NCBI GenBank assembly: GCA_965218435.1
Contig: CBDCKW010000009.1
Location: forward strand, 1,248,001 to 1,312,000
Direction: 5' to 3'
DNA from: Truepera sp.
GTDB lineage: Bacteria > Deinococcota > Deinococci > Deinococcales > Trueperaceae
Length of the DNA stretch: 64,000 nucleotides
Shown here piece by piece: positions 20,902 through 32,075 of the stretch. A model generated the notes under the pieces. It did no database searches and was not told the origin of the DNA. It was given only the letters and a program-made list of their open reading frames with translations. The position numbers were made by a program, and so were the translations under genes. Position 1 is the stretch's first letter; each line of letters starts with the position of its first letter.

Positions 20902-21513
20902 TTACCGGCTCGTCAGTACAAGTTTGAGCCCAAGAACTGCAAACGCTACCGAAAAAGACCGCCGCAGCCAGACGATGACTTTGGGTGACCGCACAACGTA
21001 TTGCCGGACTTGGCTTGCCAGAGCGCCGTAAATAGCGAAAACAACGAGGGTTATCAGCATAAACATAAGGCTCAAAAAGAGCAGCGCCGCCAGAGGTGAA
21101 GCCGTGTCCGGCGAAATAGAGAGCGGTAAAAAAGCAAAAAAGAAGAGCGTCAGCTTGGGGTTTAAGACGTTGAGCAACACGCCTTTGGTCACAATCTGCC
21201 ACGCGGTTTGCTCGGGTGCGGCTTCAAAAGACAGCGCACCGCGCTCACGCCACAGCGTCCAGGCGAGATAGAGCAGGTACACCGCGCCTGCAAACTTGAG
21301 CCCTTGAAAAAAAGTCGCGCTCAGTTGCAAAACGAAAGATAAACCGAGAACGCTCGCCAGTAGATGCGGAATGATGCCCAACGTGCAGCCCAACGCTGCT
21401 ACGACACTTGCCCGGAAGCCGTAAAAGAGTCCGCTCGAGACCGTGTAAATGACCCCGGTGCCGGGTATCAGCGCGACGACCAGTGAGGTCAGTAAAAACT
21501 CGGTGCTGAGCAT
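20902..21513 (-). CDS. LysE/RhtB-family amino acid exporter
   Basis: IPGTG, K..GAVYLLYLAW and G.LLNVLNPK motifs. Confidence 0.94.
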   Translation of the reverse strand: MLSTEFLLTSLVVALIPGTGVIYTVSSGLFYGFRASVVAALGCTLGIIPHLLASVLGLSFVLQLSATFFQGLKFAGAVYLLYLAWTLWRERGALSFEAAPEQTAWQIVTKGVLLNVLNPKLTLFFFAFLPLSISPDTASPLAALLFLSLMFMLITLVVFAIYGALASQVRQYVVRSPKVIVWLRRSFSVAFAVLGLKLVLTSR

Positions 21514-21518
21514 GGGCG

Positions 21519-22208
21519 TTATTTGGAACCACTCGCGGCGTAGATGTTCAGCTCAGTTTCGGCGTCGGGGGCGAAAAGCAAGATGTTGTCGCGGACGGCC
21601 TCCAACTGCGCTTGCACCTTTTCCAGCGGTACGCCCGCAGGGGCGTAAGCCACGTAAAGCGCACGGCGGGTGCCTGGAGAAATCGGGGTTCGTGCGTCCT
21701 GACCGGTGATGATTGTGCAGATCACGCTGGCCGCGTCCGTCATCATCATGTCGCCGGGTTTAAGTGTTTTGACGGAGCCGTTCATGCCGGTAAAGGTTTC
21801 GCCGCCCTGGGTGACGTCAAGTGTGAGGGGCAACTCGAGTAAGTCCGCGTCGTGCCCAGCTGTTAGAACGAACGTTTCCAACTCGGCGGCGAAGTTCGCG
21901 TCAACCAGAGGGTTTACGTTCGGGAGTGCTTTACCTTTGTGGACGATAGACTCGAGCTGAAGCTGCACGTGATAGGTGTTGCCGAAGCGTCGGTAGTAGT
22001 CTCGGTAGGCGTTTAAGACCTCGAGTTCTAACAGCTCGGCTCTGGAGAACCCGGCATATTTCTCCTGCAGACGCGCCTCAACTTTTCGTTTGTGCTCATC
22101 TAGCGGGGTTTGGCGTTTTGTGTTGTCTACCTTGCCGACGAGCAACACGCCGACGTGTGCGCCGGGAAAGGTTTTGTGCCAGCGGCTTGTAACCTCGAGT
22201 TGAATCAT
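21519..22208 (-). CDS. Stand-alone B3/B4 (PheRS beta editing-like) domain protein
   Basis: AYRDYYRRFG, LPNVNPLVD, GHDAD, GGETFTGMNG, GDMMMTD and RTPI segments follow the B3/4 layout. Confidence 0.85.
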   Translation of the reverse strand: MIQLEVTSRWHKTFPGAHVGVLLVGKVDNTKRQTPLDEHKRKVEARLQEKYAGFSRAELLELEVLNAYRDYYRRFGNTYHVQLQLESIVHKGKALPNVNPLVDANFAAELETFVLTAGHDADLLELPLTLDVTQGGETFTGMNGSVKTLKPGDMMMTDAASVICTIITGQDARTPISPGTRRALYVAYAPAGVPLEKVQAQLEAVRDNILLFAPDAETELNIYAASGSK

Positions 22209-22254
22209 GCAGCTCCCTCTCGCGCAGCCCAGCTGCTGCGTTTTCGGAGCTTAC

Positions 22255-23106
22255 CTAACCCAAAACTGCGCTGTCTTGTACGGGGTTGCTACCTTGATAT
22301 TGACCCGGCGTATAGCCCCACAACCGTTTGAACCAGCGCGTCAGATGGCTCTGGTCGGTAAAGCCTGTGAGCAGCGCGACCTCGGCGGGCGTTTGCCCTA
22401 AAGCTAACAGCTCTTTTGCGCGCCCAATCCGCACCTGCCGGAGGTAGGCGTGCGGCGGCACCCCGACGGTTTTACAAAAAACCCGGACGAGATGGTAACG
22501 GCTGAGCTGCGTAAGCTGAGCCAAATCTCCCAGCGAAACGGCCTCGGCGTAGTGGCGCTCGAGGTAACCCTTGACTTGCGTCACTGCGCGGGGTTCTCGG
22601 CCTGTAGCCGCGACGGGTGGCGGGTCGTCGGCGTGGCGACTGACGAGTTGCGCCAACACATCTAAAAGATGCGTTTCTTGCTCGAGGCGAGATGCGGATA
22701 TTTCTAACCGGCAGTGTAAGCTGTAAAGTTCCCGTGCTAAAGCGTCATCGTTAATCACGCCCGACTGAAAAAACGGCAGGTCACGCGGCTTAGCAGCGAC
22801 CTCGGTGGCAACGCGCCCGAGCGTAGCAGCGTCAAGGTAAAACATGCGGTAGCTCCAGCCTTCGGGTACGGCGGGCTGTCCGGTGTGAACCTCGCCGGGA
22901 ACGCACAAGTTGACGTCCCCGGCTGCAGCGACGACGTTCTCGCCCCGGTAAAAAAAGCCCAACGCGCCCCGCTCGAGCACGCCCACAGCGTAGCGTTCAT
23001 GTGTGTGTTTGGGGAAAAATTGCGTAACATTTTCGGCGCGGAGTAGCTCGAGGTTGCCAAGGTCTGGGATACGCCACAGCTTGGTCTTTGGAGCTTGAAG
23101 GTTCAC
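22255..23106 (-). CDS. AraC-family regulator with cupin sensing domain
   Basis: FPKHTHERY, PGEVHTG, and C-terminal double HTH (GFTDQSHLTRWFKR.WGYTPGQY). GTGA overlap with the moeA stop. Confidence 0.96.
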   Translation of the reverse strand: MNLQAPKTKLWRIPDLGNLELLRAENVTQFFPKHTHERYAVGVLERGALGFFYRGENVVAAAGDVNLCVPGEVHTGQPAVPEGWSYRMFYLDAATLGRVATEVAAKPRDLPFFQSGVINDDALARELYSLHCRLEISASRLEQETHLLDVLAQLVSRHADDPPPVAATGREPRAVTQVKGYLERHYAEAVSLGDLAQLTQLSRYHLVRVFCKTVGVPPHAYLRQVRIGRAKELLALGQTPAEVALLTGFTDQSHLTRWFKRLWGYTPGQYQGSNPVQDSAVLG

Positions 23107-24335
23107 CTGAGTACGATGACCTCGAGCTTTTCACCCACTCCAATGTCCGTGTGCGGCGGCACGACAGCGAGCGCGTCTGCTAACAGTAGGGAGCGCAGCA
23201 CCCCCGAGCTCTGGTTCCCGGTGCTCGTTGCCACAGTGCGCCCGTCGGCGTCATAACTTAGCGTGACACGGGCAAACGTCTCCTTAAATCCCGCGCCCCT
23301 AAACGGTGTGGCGGCGTAGGCGGGTCTGCGCCGATAGTAGGGGAGAGGTTCGGTGCTCCCTAAAGCCGTAGCTAAAAACGCTTCACCTAAAAGTTTGAAG
23401 ACGACGAGGCTCGAGACCGGATTGCCCGGTAAGCCCAGCAGCGGCAGGTCGCCGTAGCGCCCGAATAACACCGGCCCGCCCGGTTTCATGGCAACTTTCC
23501 AAAAGTAGACGGTGCCTCTAGTAAAGAGCAAATCACGGACGAAATCGTAACGCCCCATCGAGACGCCGCCGGAGGTGAGGAGGAGGTCGAGCTCGAGCCC
23601 CGCCAAGCCAGCCTCTAACAGCTCTAAATCATCTCTCACATTCGGCAAGCGCACCGCCTCGCCACCTGCACTCGTAACGAGCGCGGCGAGCGCGTAGGCG
23701 TTCGAGTTGTAGACCTGCCCCTCACGGAATGATTCGCCTGGTTCAGCAAGTTCGTCGCCGGTCGCTAGAATGCCGATGCGAGGTCGTTTGACGACCGGGA
23801 CTTCGGCGTAACCCATCGCCGCTGCAATCCCGACCGCCGCTTCAGTAAGCCGTTGCCCGCGGCGAAGGTAAACGTCGCCGCGCCGTAAATCTTGCGCTTT
23901 GGGACGGATGTCGCCCCCGCTGGCAGGTTGGCTCAGCGCGACGCGCCCTCCTGACACTTTGGTATGCTCTACCCCGATAATCGCGTCGGCCCCTTGCGGC
24001 ACCGGCGCGCCGGTATAAATCCCGACCGCTTCACCCGGCCCAACTTCGCCGTAAAAAACGCTGCCCGCCGGGATGTCTCCCACAACACGCAGCGTGACGG
24101 GCGTATCCGGGGTTGCAGAGAGCGTATCTGCGGCGCGGCAGGCGTAGCCGTCTAACGCGGAATTGTCTAAGCTCGGATGGTCTACCGGGCTCTCCAAATC
24201 TTGCGCGAGCGTTCGGCTTAGCGCCGTTCCTAACGCGACCCGCTCGGTAGGGAGGGTTGGAGCTTGCTGCTCGAGAGCCCTCAGCGCCTCGGTTACCGTC
24301 AGCTGACTCGGATAGGTCTTACCCTGATACGTCAC
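23103..24335 (-). CDS. moeA: Molybdopterin molybdenumtransferase
   Basis: NSALDGYA, IYTGAPVPQGAD, TGDEL, TSGGVSMG, MKPG and GLPGNPVS motifs. Confidence 0.97.
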   Translation of the reverse strand: MTYQGKTYPSQLTVTEALRALEQQAPTLPTERVALGTALSRTLAQDLESPVDHPSLDNSALDGYACRAADTLSATPDTPVTLRVVGDIPAGSVFYGEVGPGEAVGIYTGAPVPQGADAIIGVEHTKVSGGRVALSQPASGGDIRPKAQDLRRGDVYLRRGQRLTEAAVGIAAAMGYAEVPVVKRPRIGILATGDELAEPGESFREGQVYNSNAYALAALVTSAGGEAVRLPNVRDDLELLEAGLAGLELDLLLTSGGVSMGRYDFVRDLLFTRGTVYFWKVAMKPGGPVLFGRYGDLPLLGLPGNPVSSLVVFKLLGEAFLATALGSTEPLPYYRRRPAYAATPFRGAGFKETFARVTLSYDADGRTVATSTGNQSSGVLRSLLLADALAVVPPHTDIGVGEKLEVIVLR

Positions 24336-24527
24336 CGGACTATGCTACCAACAAGCATGACGGTTTTACTCCTGTTCAAGGAGCGTTCAAACCGCGCACT
24401 TGGGTCAAGTCAAGGCCCAAAATCTTCAATGAAGGTGTCCCAAACTGTGTGCTCGGCGTGAACCTCGCGTCTCTGACAGATTTTTTTGCCTTACACAATT
24501 TGTCCTTATAACTTGTGAGGCACCGCC

Positions 24528-25656
24528 CTAAGTACGGGACAAATCAAAGGAAAAAGGCTTCCTGAGCGAGAATAGCTGTGTGAAAGAATCTCGTGGAAGC
24601 CATTATCAGCATAAGACAAGCCTGAAACAAATACTAGCGGCAAAGTTGCCTATGAATGGAGCAAGGCTGACATGCCTGAGCACGTTGCTACTCGTACTGA
24701 TTCAAGAGAAGACGGTCAACCTAGTAAGTCTGAGCTTAGCATTTCAGGGTAGAGCGGAGCCAGAATCAGCGTACCGTCGCATCAAGCGATTTTTTACAGA
24801 AGTACGCTTAGACAAGGTGAAAGTTGCTCAGTTTATCCTCAACTTGCTACCACCACCGCCTTACACCGTCTGCGTTGACCGCACGAACTGGCAGTTTGGC
24901 AGCCTCGACATCAACATTCTAGTGATTGCCATAGCCCATAGAGGTGTTGCTTTTCCTATCGTATGGTCGTTTCTGAATAAAGGTGGAAATTCATCTAGTG
25001 AAGAACGTATCAGCCTGCTCCAATGTTTTTTCGAGCTTATAGCCTCCAAAGACGTAGCGTTTTTCTTGGCTGATAGGGAGTTTATCGGAGTAACCTGGAT
25101 TAACTATCTGGATAAACGCCAGGTTCCTTTTGCCATTCGTATCCGTAAAGACAGCCTATGTGACAACTGGTGTCCCGTTCGTGCGCTTTTCGCCCACTTA
25201 GCTATAGGCGAACTCAAGGTTCTAAACAATAGCTATGGCTTTTACGGCTGTAACTTGCGTGCCGCTGGTATGAAGCTCTCTGGTAGCGATTACCTCATAG
25301 TTGTCACCAACCGTGCGCCTGCTCAAGCCTTTGTGGTTTACAAGCGTAGGTGGGAGATCGAAATGCTTTTTTCCGCCTTGAAAACAACCGGCTTTGAGCT
25401 TGAAGCTAGCCACCTTACTCGGCTTTATAAACTCGATACCCTTTTTACCCTCTTGGCTCTGGCTTTTACCTGGGCGCATCATGTAGGTGAATGGCTCCAC
25501 GACAGCAAACGAAAGCTTCTGCGTATCAAGTCTCACCTACGCAGAGAAAAGTCTTTCTTCCGTCACGGTCTTGACTATCTCAGGCATCTGCTTAAGAATC
25601 TACACCTCAAGCATGACGACCTGCTTCTCTGTATTCACTTTTTGTCCCGTACTTAG
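24528..25656 (+). mobile_element. Intact IS4-family insertion sequence, 1129 bp
   Basis: Perfect 16-bp TIR CTAAGTACGGGACAAA / TTTGTCCCGTACTTAG and perfect 9-bp TSD GGCACCGCC (24519-24527 and 25657-25665). Confidence 0.96.
24580..25656 (+). CDS. IS4-family DDE transposase
   Basis: VDRTNW, ADREF and YREK motif YKRRWEIE.LF..LK; the stop codon lies in the right TIR. Confidence 0.96.
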   Translation: MKESRGSHYQHKTSLKQILAAKLPMNGARLTCLSTLLLVLIQEKTVNLVSLSLAFQGRAEPESAYRRIKRFFTEVRLDKVKVAQFILNLLPPPPYTVCVDRTNWQFGSLDINILVIAIAHRGVAFPIVWSFLNKGGNSSSEERISLLQCFFELIASKDVAFFLADREFIGVTWINYLDKRQVPFAIRIRKDSLCDNWCPVRALFAHLAIGELKVLNNSYGFYGCNLRAAGMKLSGSDYLIVVTNRAPAQAFVVYKRRWEIEMLFSALKTTGFELEASHLTRLYKLDTLFTLLALAFTWAHHVGEWLHDSKRKLLRIKSHLRREKSFFRHGLDYLRHLLKNLHLKHDDLLLCIHFLSRT

Positions 25657-25758
25657 GGCACCGCCTCATGATAGACTCTAGTTGCGCGACGAATAAGAGC
25701 GATATATTACGCAAGCCAAGCATAGGGCACGTTTCGGCGCTGCTTTGGAGGGAGAACG

Positions 25759-27030
<1,272 letters not shown>

Positions 27031-27194
27031 GGTGGCGGTTTCTACGCCTAAGTTTTAGCTAAGGGCGCTCGAGGTCATAAGCGCCTTTAACCTGGGTATT
27101 TTATGGGCTAGGTATTTTAAGGGCTACCGCAGTGACGCGACCGGCGCAGACTCTGAGCTCATCAAAAGGTAAGTTCTAACGTCTCGAGCTTCGC

Positions 27195-27953
27195 TCAACG
27201 CTGCCGTTCCCCGTCCACATAAAACTCATCAACCTTTTCGCTGTAAAAGCAAAGTTTATCGCGGACATCGAAAGCTTCAGGGAGCGGCGTCTGGTAGTAC
27301 CACACGAGGTCTTGCGCGTTCTCACCGACTTTGAGCGAGTAGTAGCTCGCGTCGCCCTTGTAGGGGCAGTGCGTTACCGTATCAGAAGGCGTAAGCAAAT
27401 CCAAACGCACGTCGGTTACCGGAATATAGTAGCGCGTCGGCACGTCGGTTTCAAAAAGTAACGTTGGATGCTCTGTTTCGGCCACAACCTCACCGCCATG
27501 TACGACTTTGACGCGCCGCGAACTCAGCCGCGTATCTACGCGGTGGTAGGGGTTACGTGCGTGGACGTGAACGGGCTCGTCCTCCTCAAACCAGGCGTCC
27601 ATCTTGTCCCAATAAAACGCCACGTAGTCAGCTAACGGTTCGGCTCCTGCCAGCGGTTCGGGATAACCCCAGACCGCATTTTCAGCCTCTTTGCCCCCGG
27701 CTTGCACCGTCCAGTACACCGCGTCGCCTTTACGTGGGCAGTGAGTCCGGTGCTCGGTCGCGCGGAGTAGAGACATGTCTACGTCGGCTTTGGGCAGGTA
27801 GTAGAGCGGTAAATGACCCTTTTCAAAGAGCATCGTGGCGTTTTTGCTGTCGGCGACAGTCTTGCCACCGAACATCGTGCGGACGCGTTTAGGGGTAGGG
27901 AGCAGCTCGAGCGTAGCTGTTTCAAAAATCGGTTTGATCGTCGAAAGTCTCAT
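27195..27953 (-). CDS. Tandem DUF427-domain protein
   Basis: Two repeats of T.CP.KG.A.Y and W.Y..P, with HARNPYHRVD linker. Start chosen at ATG 27953. Confidence 0.9.
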   Translation of the reverse strand: MRLSTIKPIFETATLELLPTPKRVRTMFGGKTVADSKNATMLFEKGHLPLYYLPKADVDMSLLRATEHRTHCPRKGDAVYWTVQAGGKEAENAVWGYPEPLAGAEPLADYVAFYWDKMDAWFEEDEPVHVHARNPYHRVDTRLSSRRVKVVHGGEVVAETEHPTLLFETDVPTRYYIPVTDVRLDLLTPSDTVTHCPYKGDASYYSLKVGENAQDLVWYYQTPLPEAFDVRDKLCFYSEKVDEFYVDGERQR

Positions 27954-28234
27954 AGCCAAGGGTGGCGCAAGTGGGCACCGTAAACAGCCTGGCATCTTAC
28001 AAAGGTTGATCAAGCTGGTGTCCGAACGGCGAGTGGAACCTCAGTGACGAGACGTTTTTGCAGGTCAGTCTCGAGCTCGTCCGCGCAGGCTGGGCCGACT
28101 TCGAGCGTTCCGCTCAGTACCGAGTTCGCGGCAGACTATACAGACGGTCGGTGTACTACAGATTGTGTAAAAAAGGAATGAACCTGTCAGGGACGCAATA
28201 TTCGCGTTGCGTATAGACAACCTTGGGACACCTT

Positions 28235-29455
28235 CTACAGACGCGGCGCGGCGGGCTGAGCGGGGTCTGCGGGCTGAGAGTTGGGCGCTGTAGGGAGCGT
28301 GTAGGGCGTGGCGAGCGTGCGGCACAGAGCCTCGAGGCCGAGCCTAAAACCTATCAGAGGTTTTGGATAAACGGGTTTTAGATAGTAAGTCGCCTCGTTG
28401 CTGAAGCGGCGGACGAGCAGCAGACGGCTGAGTTTCAGCAGCTTTCGCAGCTTGGTCAGTGTGCTACCTTCACCCACGCTGGGCAGCAGGATAAGTCCAG
28501 ACTTACCAAGCTGTACCGGTTCTGCTAATCCGATACCTTGGGCGGAGAGCTCGAGCAACGCCCCTTCAAACGCTGCGACCGCGTGGAGGTTGAGCGGATA
28601 CGCGCGAAGTGTTTCTCTCGGGTGCGCCGGACAAGGGTAACCGAACGCCTCAATCCCGGCTGCGCAGACGTGTGTCAGCGCCTGCTGCAACGTAGGGTTC
28701 GGTTCTTTTTGCCAGAGCTGCGTCCGGCTTTGGTCGAGTGCGCGGGCGTTTTGGGCTTTCCAGCTTTCGTTGGGTGATGAGACGTTCCGAGCTGTTTTTT
28801 GCGTCTCGAGCATCCCCGGTTCAAAGGTTTCACCGATAAACGCGCATACCCTCGTCAGCACCGCTTCCGGCTCTTTTACCAGGTCTTCGTAGCGTACGGT
28901 GAATGTATTTGCGTCACTACCGAAAAACGGCTGGCTTTTACGGAACCAAGTGTCCCCTAAGTAAGCGTTGGCCAGCGCCGAGCGGCTCGCCCACGGCAGT
29001 TGCCGCACCGAAAGGGCGCTGTCCCGGGGATCGCGTACAATCCGCACGATCGGTGCGCCGGGATAAAGGGCGCGAATTTTGAGCAGGTGTAAAAGGTGGT
29101 TGGGGGTCTTTTCGGCCCAACGCGGTTTGCCTTGTTTCGCGGCGTAAAGGGCAGTTAGCGACTCGAGCATCGCCTGGACACTCGGCTCTCTCGCCGCTAA
29201 AAACGTCTGCATGTCCCGTTCGCTGTGACCGAAGAGTTCAGCGACCGGCTGCTCAGCGAGCGTCAGCGAAGTCACGAGTTTGACCGCCTGCCGGGGCCAC
29301 GCCGGGTCTTTAAGCGCCGCCCTTAACCGAGCGTCGGATTTGTTGAAAAACTGCGTTTCAGGCCCACAAGCGATCTGCGAATGCCCCGCCAACATCGAAG
29401 CGAGTAACGTCGTCCCCGAACGTGGCGCACCGACGATGAAGATGGGCTCAGGCAT
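28235..29455 (-). CDS. Sulfotransferase family protein
   Basis: PAPS loop IFIVGAPRSGTTLL, plus WAEKTP, RDPRD..S and RYEDLV. Confidence 0.93.
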   Translation of the reverse strand: MPEPIFIVGAPRSGTTLLASMLAGHSQIACGPETQFFNKSDARLRAALKDPAWPRQAVKLVTSLTLAEQPVAELFGHSERDMQTFLAAREPSVQAMLESLTALYAAKQGKPRWAEKTPNHLLHLLKIRALYPGAPIVRIVRDPRDSALSVRQLPWASRSALANAYLGDTWFRKSQPFFGSDANTFTVRYEDLVKEPEAVLTRVCAFIGETFEPGMLETQKTARNVSSPNESWKAQNARALDQSRTQLWQKEPNPTLQQALTHVCAAGIEAFGYPCPAHPRETLRAYPLNLHAVAAFEGALLELSAQGIGLAEPVQLGKSGLILLPSVGEGSTLTKLRKLLKLSRLLLVRRFSNEATYYLKPVYPKPLIGFRLGLEALCRTLATPYTLPTAPNSQPADPAQPAAPRL

Positions 29456-29531
29456 AGGTCGGATTATAGGCGAAAAAGCGTTCCTACTGGACGTAAAAGT
29501 ACATGACCTCGGGGCGAGCCGGGTCTTAGGT

Positions 29532-30575
29532 TCAGCGAAGTGACGCAGGCAGGGTCATGTTCGCGATCTTGACGTTGCTGATGACAAACAAGGCGTCTTG
29601 ATAATCGCCGTTTTGGGCCTCCTCGAGGCCGATCAAAAAGCTGTTGGGTATGGGGACGCCGCTCCGGTCTTTAAGCGGATAGACGCGCAGTGCGTGCCGA
29701 ATGTCGCCCTCGTTAAGCCCGTCCAAGCTGTACTGGATTTCTCCCCCTGCTTGACCGTAAACGCCAAAAGGCACCGGGCCGGGGTCGAACGTTGCTGTCC
29801 CCGCCGCGCGTGCCGGGAGCAGCTTTTGCGCTTCGGCGGCTCCGATAACCCCCACCTTTTGGGTGACGGGCTGAGCCGCGTCGAGGGTAAAAAAGCCGTA
29901 AGGGAAAACTTTTTCCGGGGCGTAGCGGGCGACGACCTCGAGCGTAACCGGCCCCGACCCGGCTTTTTCAAATAGGGGCGCGAGCACTTCGTCCCCTACC
30001 ACCTCGTCGCTGCTACCTAAGCTGAGGCCGGTTGCGCCGACGTTGACGTTATACCCGAGGGTATCAACGACCTGCTGGAGGGGCGGCTCGTTTTCGCCCT
30101 GTTCGCCCTCGCTGCCGAGGCCGTAGAGTCCGACGTCAGGCGCTTGTACGTCGCTACTGACGATCTCGAGTTGAGCGGTTTTGCTCCCGGCAGACCCCGG
30201 TACAAACAAGATAGCAGCTTTTAGCGCACCGCCCGGTGCGATTTTTTGCGGCAGGTTCGGCACCTTAAGCGTAAAGGCGCTGGCGTCAGGACCGGCCAAA
30301 GCCAAAGCCTCGAGGTCAAGCGGCGCGTTCCCGACGTTTTTAAGCGTAATATGCTGGGCGTCACTCACGGTGCCTTTAACGCTCGAGAAGATCAGTTCAG
30401 CGTCGTCCGGCGTGGCGATCTCTAATGACAGGTTGGGTGCGCCGGGTTGTGGTTGCGGCGCTGGCTGCGGCACTGGTTGGGGCGGCGCTGAAAACGACTC
30501 GCTGTCGCACGCACCGAGCGTTAGGAGTAGAGAAACGAAAACTGCCTGGTAGACTAGCTGGATTGGTTTGGTCAT
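29532..30575 (-). CDS. Lipoprotein with Ig-like (choice-of-anchor D/ASH-like) domain and C-terminal beta domain
   Basis: Lipobox LGAC, PQP linker, ITLKNVGNAPL...F.P motif, and terminal EEAQNGDYQD...ISNV. Confidence 0.75.
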   Translation of the reverse strand: MTKPIQLVYQAVFVSLLLTLGACDSESFSAPPQPVPQPAPQPQPGAPNLSLEIATPDDAELIFSSVKGTVSDAQHITLKNVGNAPLDLEALALAGPDASAFTLKVPNLPQKIAPGGALKAAILFVPGSAGSKTAQLEIVSSDVQAPDVGLYGLGSEGEQGENEPPLQQVVDTLGYNVNVGATGLSLGSSDEVVGDEVLAPLFEKAGSGPVTLEVVARYAPEKVFPYGFFTLDAAQPVTQKVGVIGAAEAQKLLPARAAGTATFDPGPVPFGVYGQAGGEIQYSLDGLNEGDIRHALRVYPLKDRSGVPIPNSFLIGLEEAQNGDYQDALFVISNVKIANMTLPASLR

Positions 30576-30849
30576 TAATAATCACATCCCCGGCGTAGCT
30601 ACGCCGCAAAGGTAACCCTACCTGAGCGTTTCAGGGGGCCGTGTTGCGAAGCGTACACGCGTCTTTAAGCGCGCCGGTTTGATAGGTCTCAGTTTGGATA
30701 AGCGTTGGTTAAATTACCAGCTGCTGAAACAGCCGTACGCCCAGCCACGACCCGAGTCCGGCTCCTGCAGCTAAGAGTAGCAGAGACACCCCTAAGAAAG
30801 CTGTGACGCCTATGTTTGAAGGGCGGTTTAGGGGTTTGTCGCCGAGGGG

Positions 30850-31165
30850 TCAGGCGTAATGCTCGAGCAAGACCAGGTTACGCAAGTTTGCCTTAAAGGT
30901 CGCGCGAAGATACTGGCCAAAATAGGCACGGCCCCGAAGAGCGTTTCAATCCCGATGTTGAGCGCCATCCGCAAAACTGTGCGGCGCGGCACGTCCAAGC
31001 GGTACGCTTCAAAAACGATATACCCTGCAGGCAAGAGCATCACCGCGTCCCCGAAGCCTGGAATCAGACCGATCATCGGGTCGAGCCCGATCCGGGTACC
31101 AAGCACGGGAAACCGAAACGAGCTGTCGAGCAAGTAGCTGAGCGACCGGAGCCGTGCTACGGTTC
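30850..31165 (-). pseudogene. Degenerate second DUF4112 copy
   Basis: RLRSLSYLLDSSFRFP...GLDPMIGLIPGFGD. A 1-nt deletion near 30905 (IF-[D]-ATFKANLRNLVLLEHYA-stop) and an in-frame stop just upstream with no proper start. Confidence 0.8.
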
Positions 31166-31215
31166 AGCTCCGGTCCGGTGTACCGAGCTCTTGTGTACCA
31201 AACTTTTCAGCTGGT

Positions 31216-31605
31216 TTACGCACGCGCTGAAAGGTGGCGCTCGAGCAGCCGCACATTACGTTTGTTGACCTTCCAAAAAAAGTCAAACACGTCCCCGACA
31301 ACCGGGATGCTGCCGACGACCGCGTCAATCACCGCGTTACCCACCATCCGGGCGACCAGCGACCTGGGCACGCCGAGCCGCGCGGCCCGGACGATCAGGT
31401 AACCCGAGACGATAAACCCGCTGATGTCTCCCACGACCGGAATCAGCCCTAAAATGGGCTCGAGGCCGATCCGGTAACCAATAATTGGAATCCGAAAGGT
31501 CTCGTCTAACAGGTGCGCCAAGCGGCGCAAATTTTGCAGCTCACGCGCGTAGTCCGCACGGTAGGTGTTTCTAAAGGCGTTTCCTCTGGGTCCGTAATTG
31601 CTCAT
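31216..31605 (-). CDS. DUF4112 membrane protein
   Basis: LRRLAHLLDE.FRIP..G.RIGLEPILGLIPVVGD...GSIPVVGDVFD..WK.N.RN; ATGA overlap with the upstream Nudix gene. Confidence 0.9.
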   Translation of the reverse strand: MSNYGPRGNAFRNTYRADYARELQNLRRLAHLLDETFRIPIIGYRIGLEPILGLIPVVGDISGFIVSGYLIVRAARLGVPRSLVARMVGNAVIDAVVGSIPVVGDVFDFFWKVNKRNVRLLERHLSARA

Positions 31606-32075
31606 ACGCTTTTTCCTCCTCGGCCGTCCCACCCGGCATACGAATAAAATCTCCCCGTTTTACCATCGCGCAAATAGTTCGCTAACGGTTCACGAATCGG
31701 CAAAATCGGAATCATCTGCTCAACCTCTTCGACCGGAAAAAAGCGCGCTTCGACGATAAAGCCGTCCGGGTCTCTGGGGTTTAAGAGCCCATCATACGCG
31801 GCGATAAACGCAAACGACAGGGCACGGTCATTCCGGCGCACATCTTCGACGTGAACCGAATACGCGAGCTGTTCGACGTGCGTCACTTTGAGCCCGGTTT
31901 CTTCCATCACCTCACGCGACAAGGCGTCTAAGGTTGATTCACCCCGTTCGACGACGCCGCCGGGCAGTGTATAGCGAACATTTCCAAACCCTTGCCAGTC
32001 GTTGCCTACCAGCAGAACCCGACCCCGCGCATCGAGCAGTATGGCGGCGGCAACGACAAACTCACGCCGCGCCAC
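31602..32075 (-). CDS. NUDIX hydrolase
   Basis: Nudix box GGVVERGESTLDALSREVMEETGL; probable GTG start at 32075 overlaps the prfA end. Confidence 0.92.
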   Translation of the reverse strand: MARREFVVAAAILLDARGRVLLVGNDWQGFGNVRYTLPGGVVERGESTLDALSREVMEETGLKVTHVEQLAYSVHVEDVRRNDRALSFAFIAAYDGLLNPRDPDGFIVEARFFPVEEVEQMIPILPIREPLANYLRDGKTGRFYSYAGWDGRGGKSV

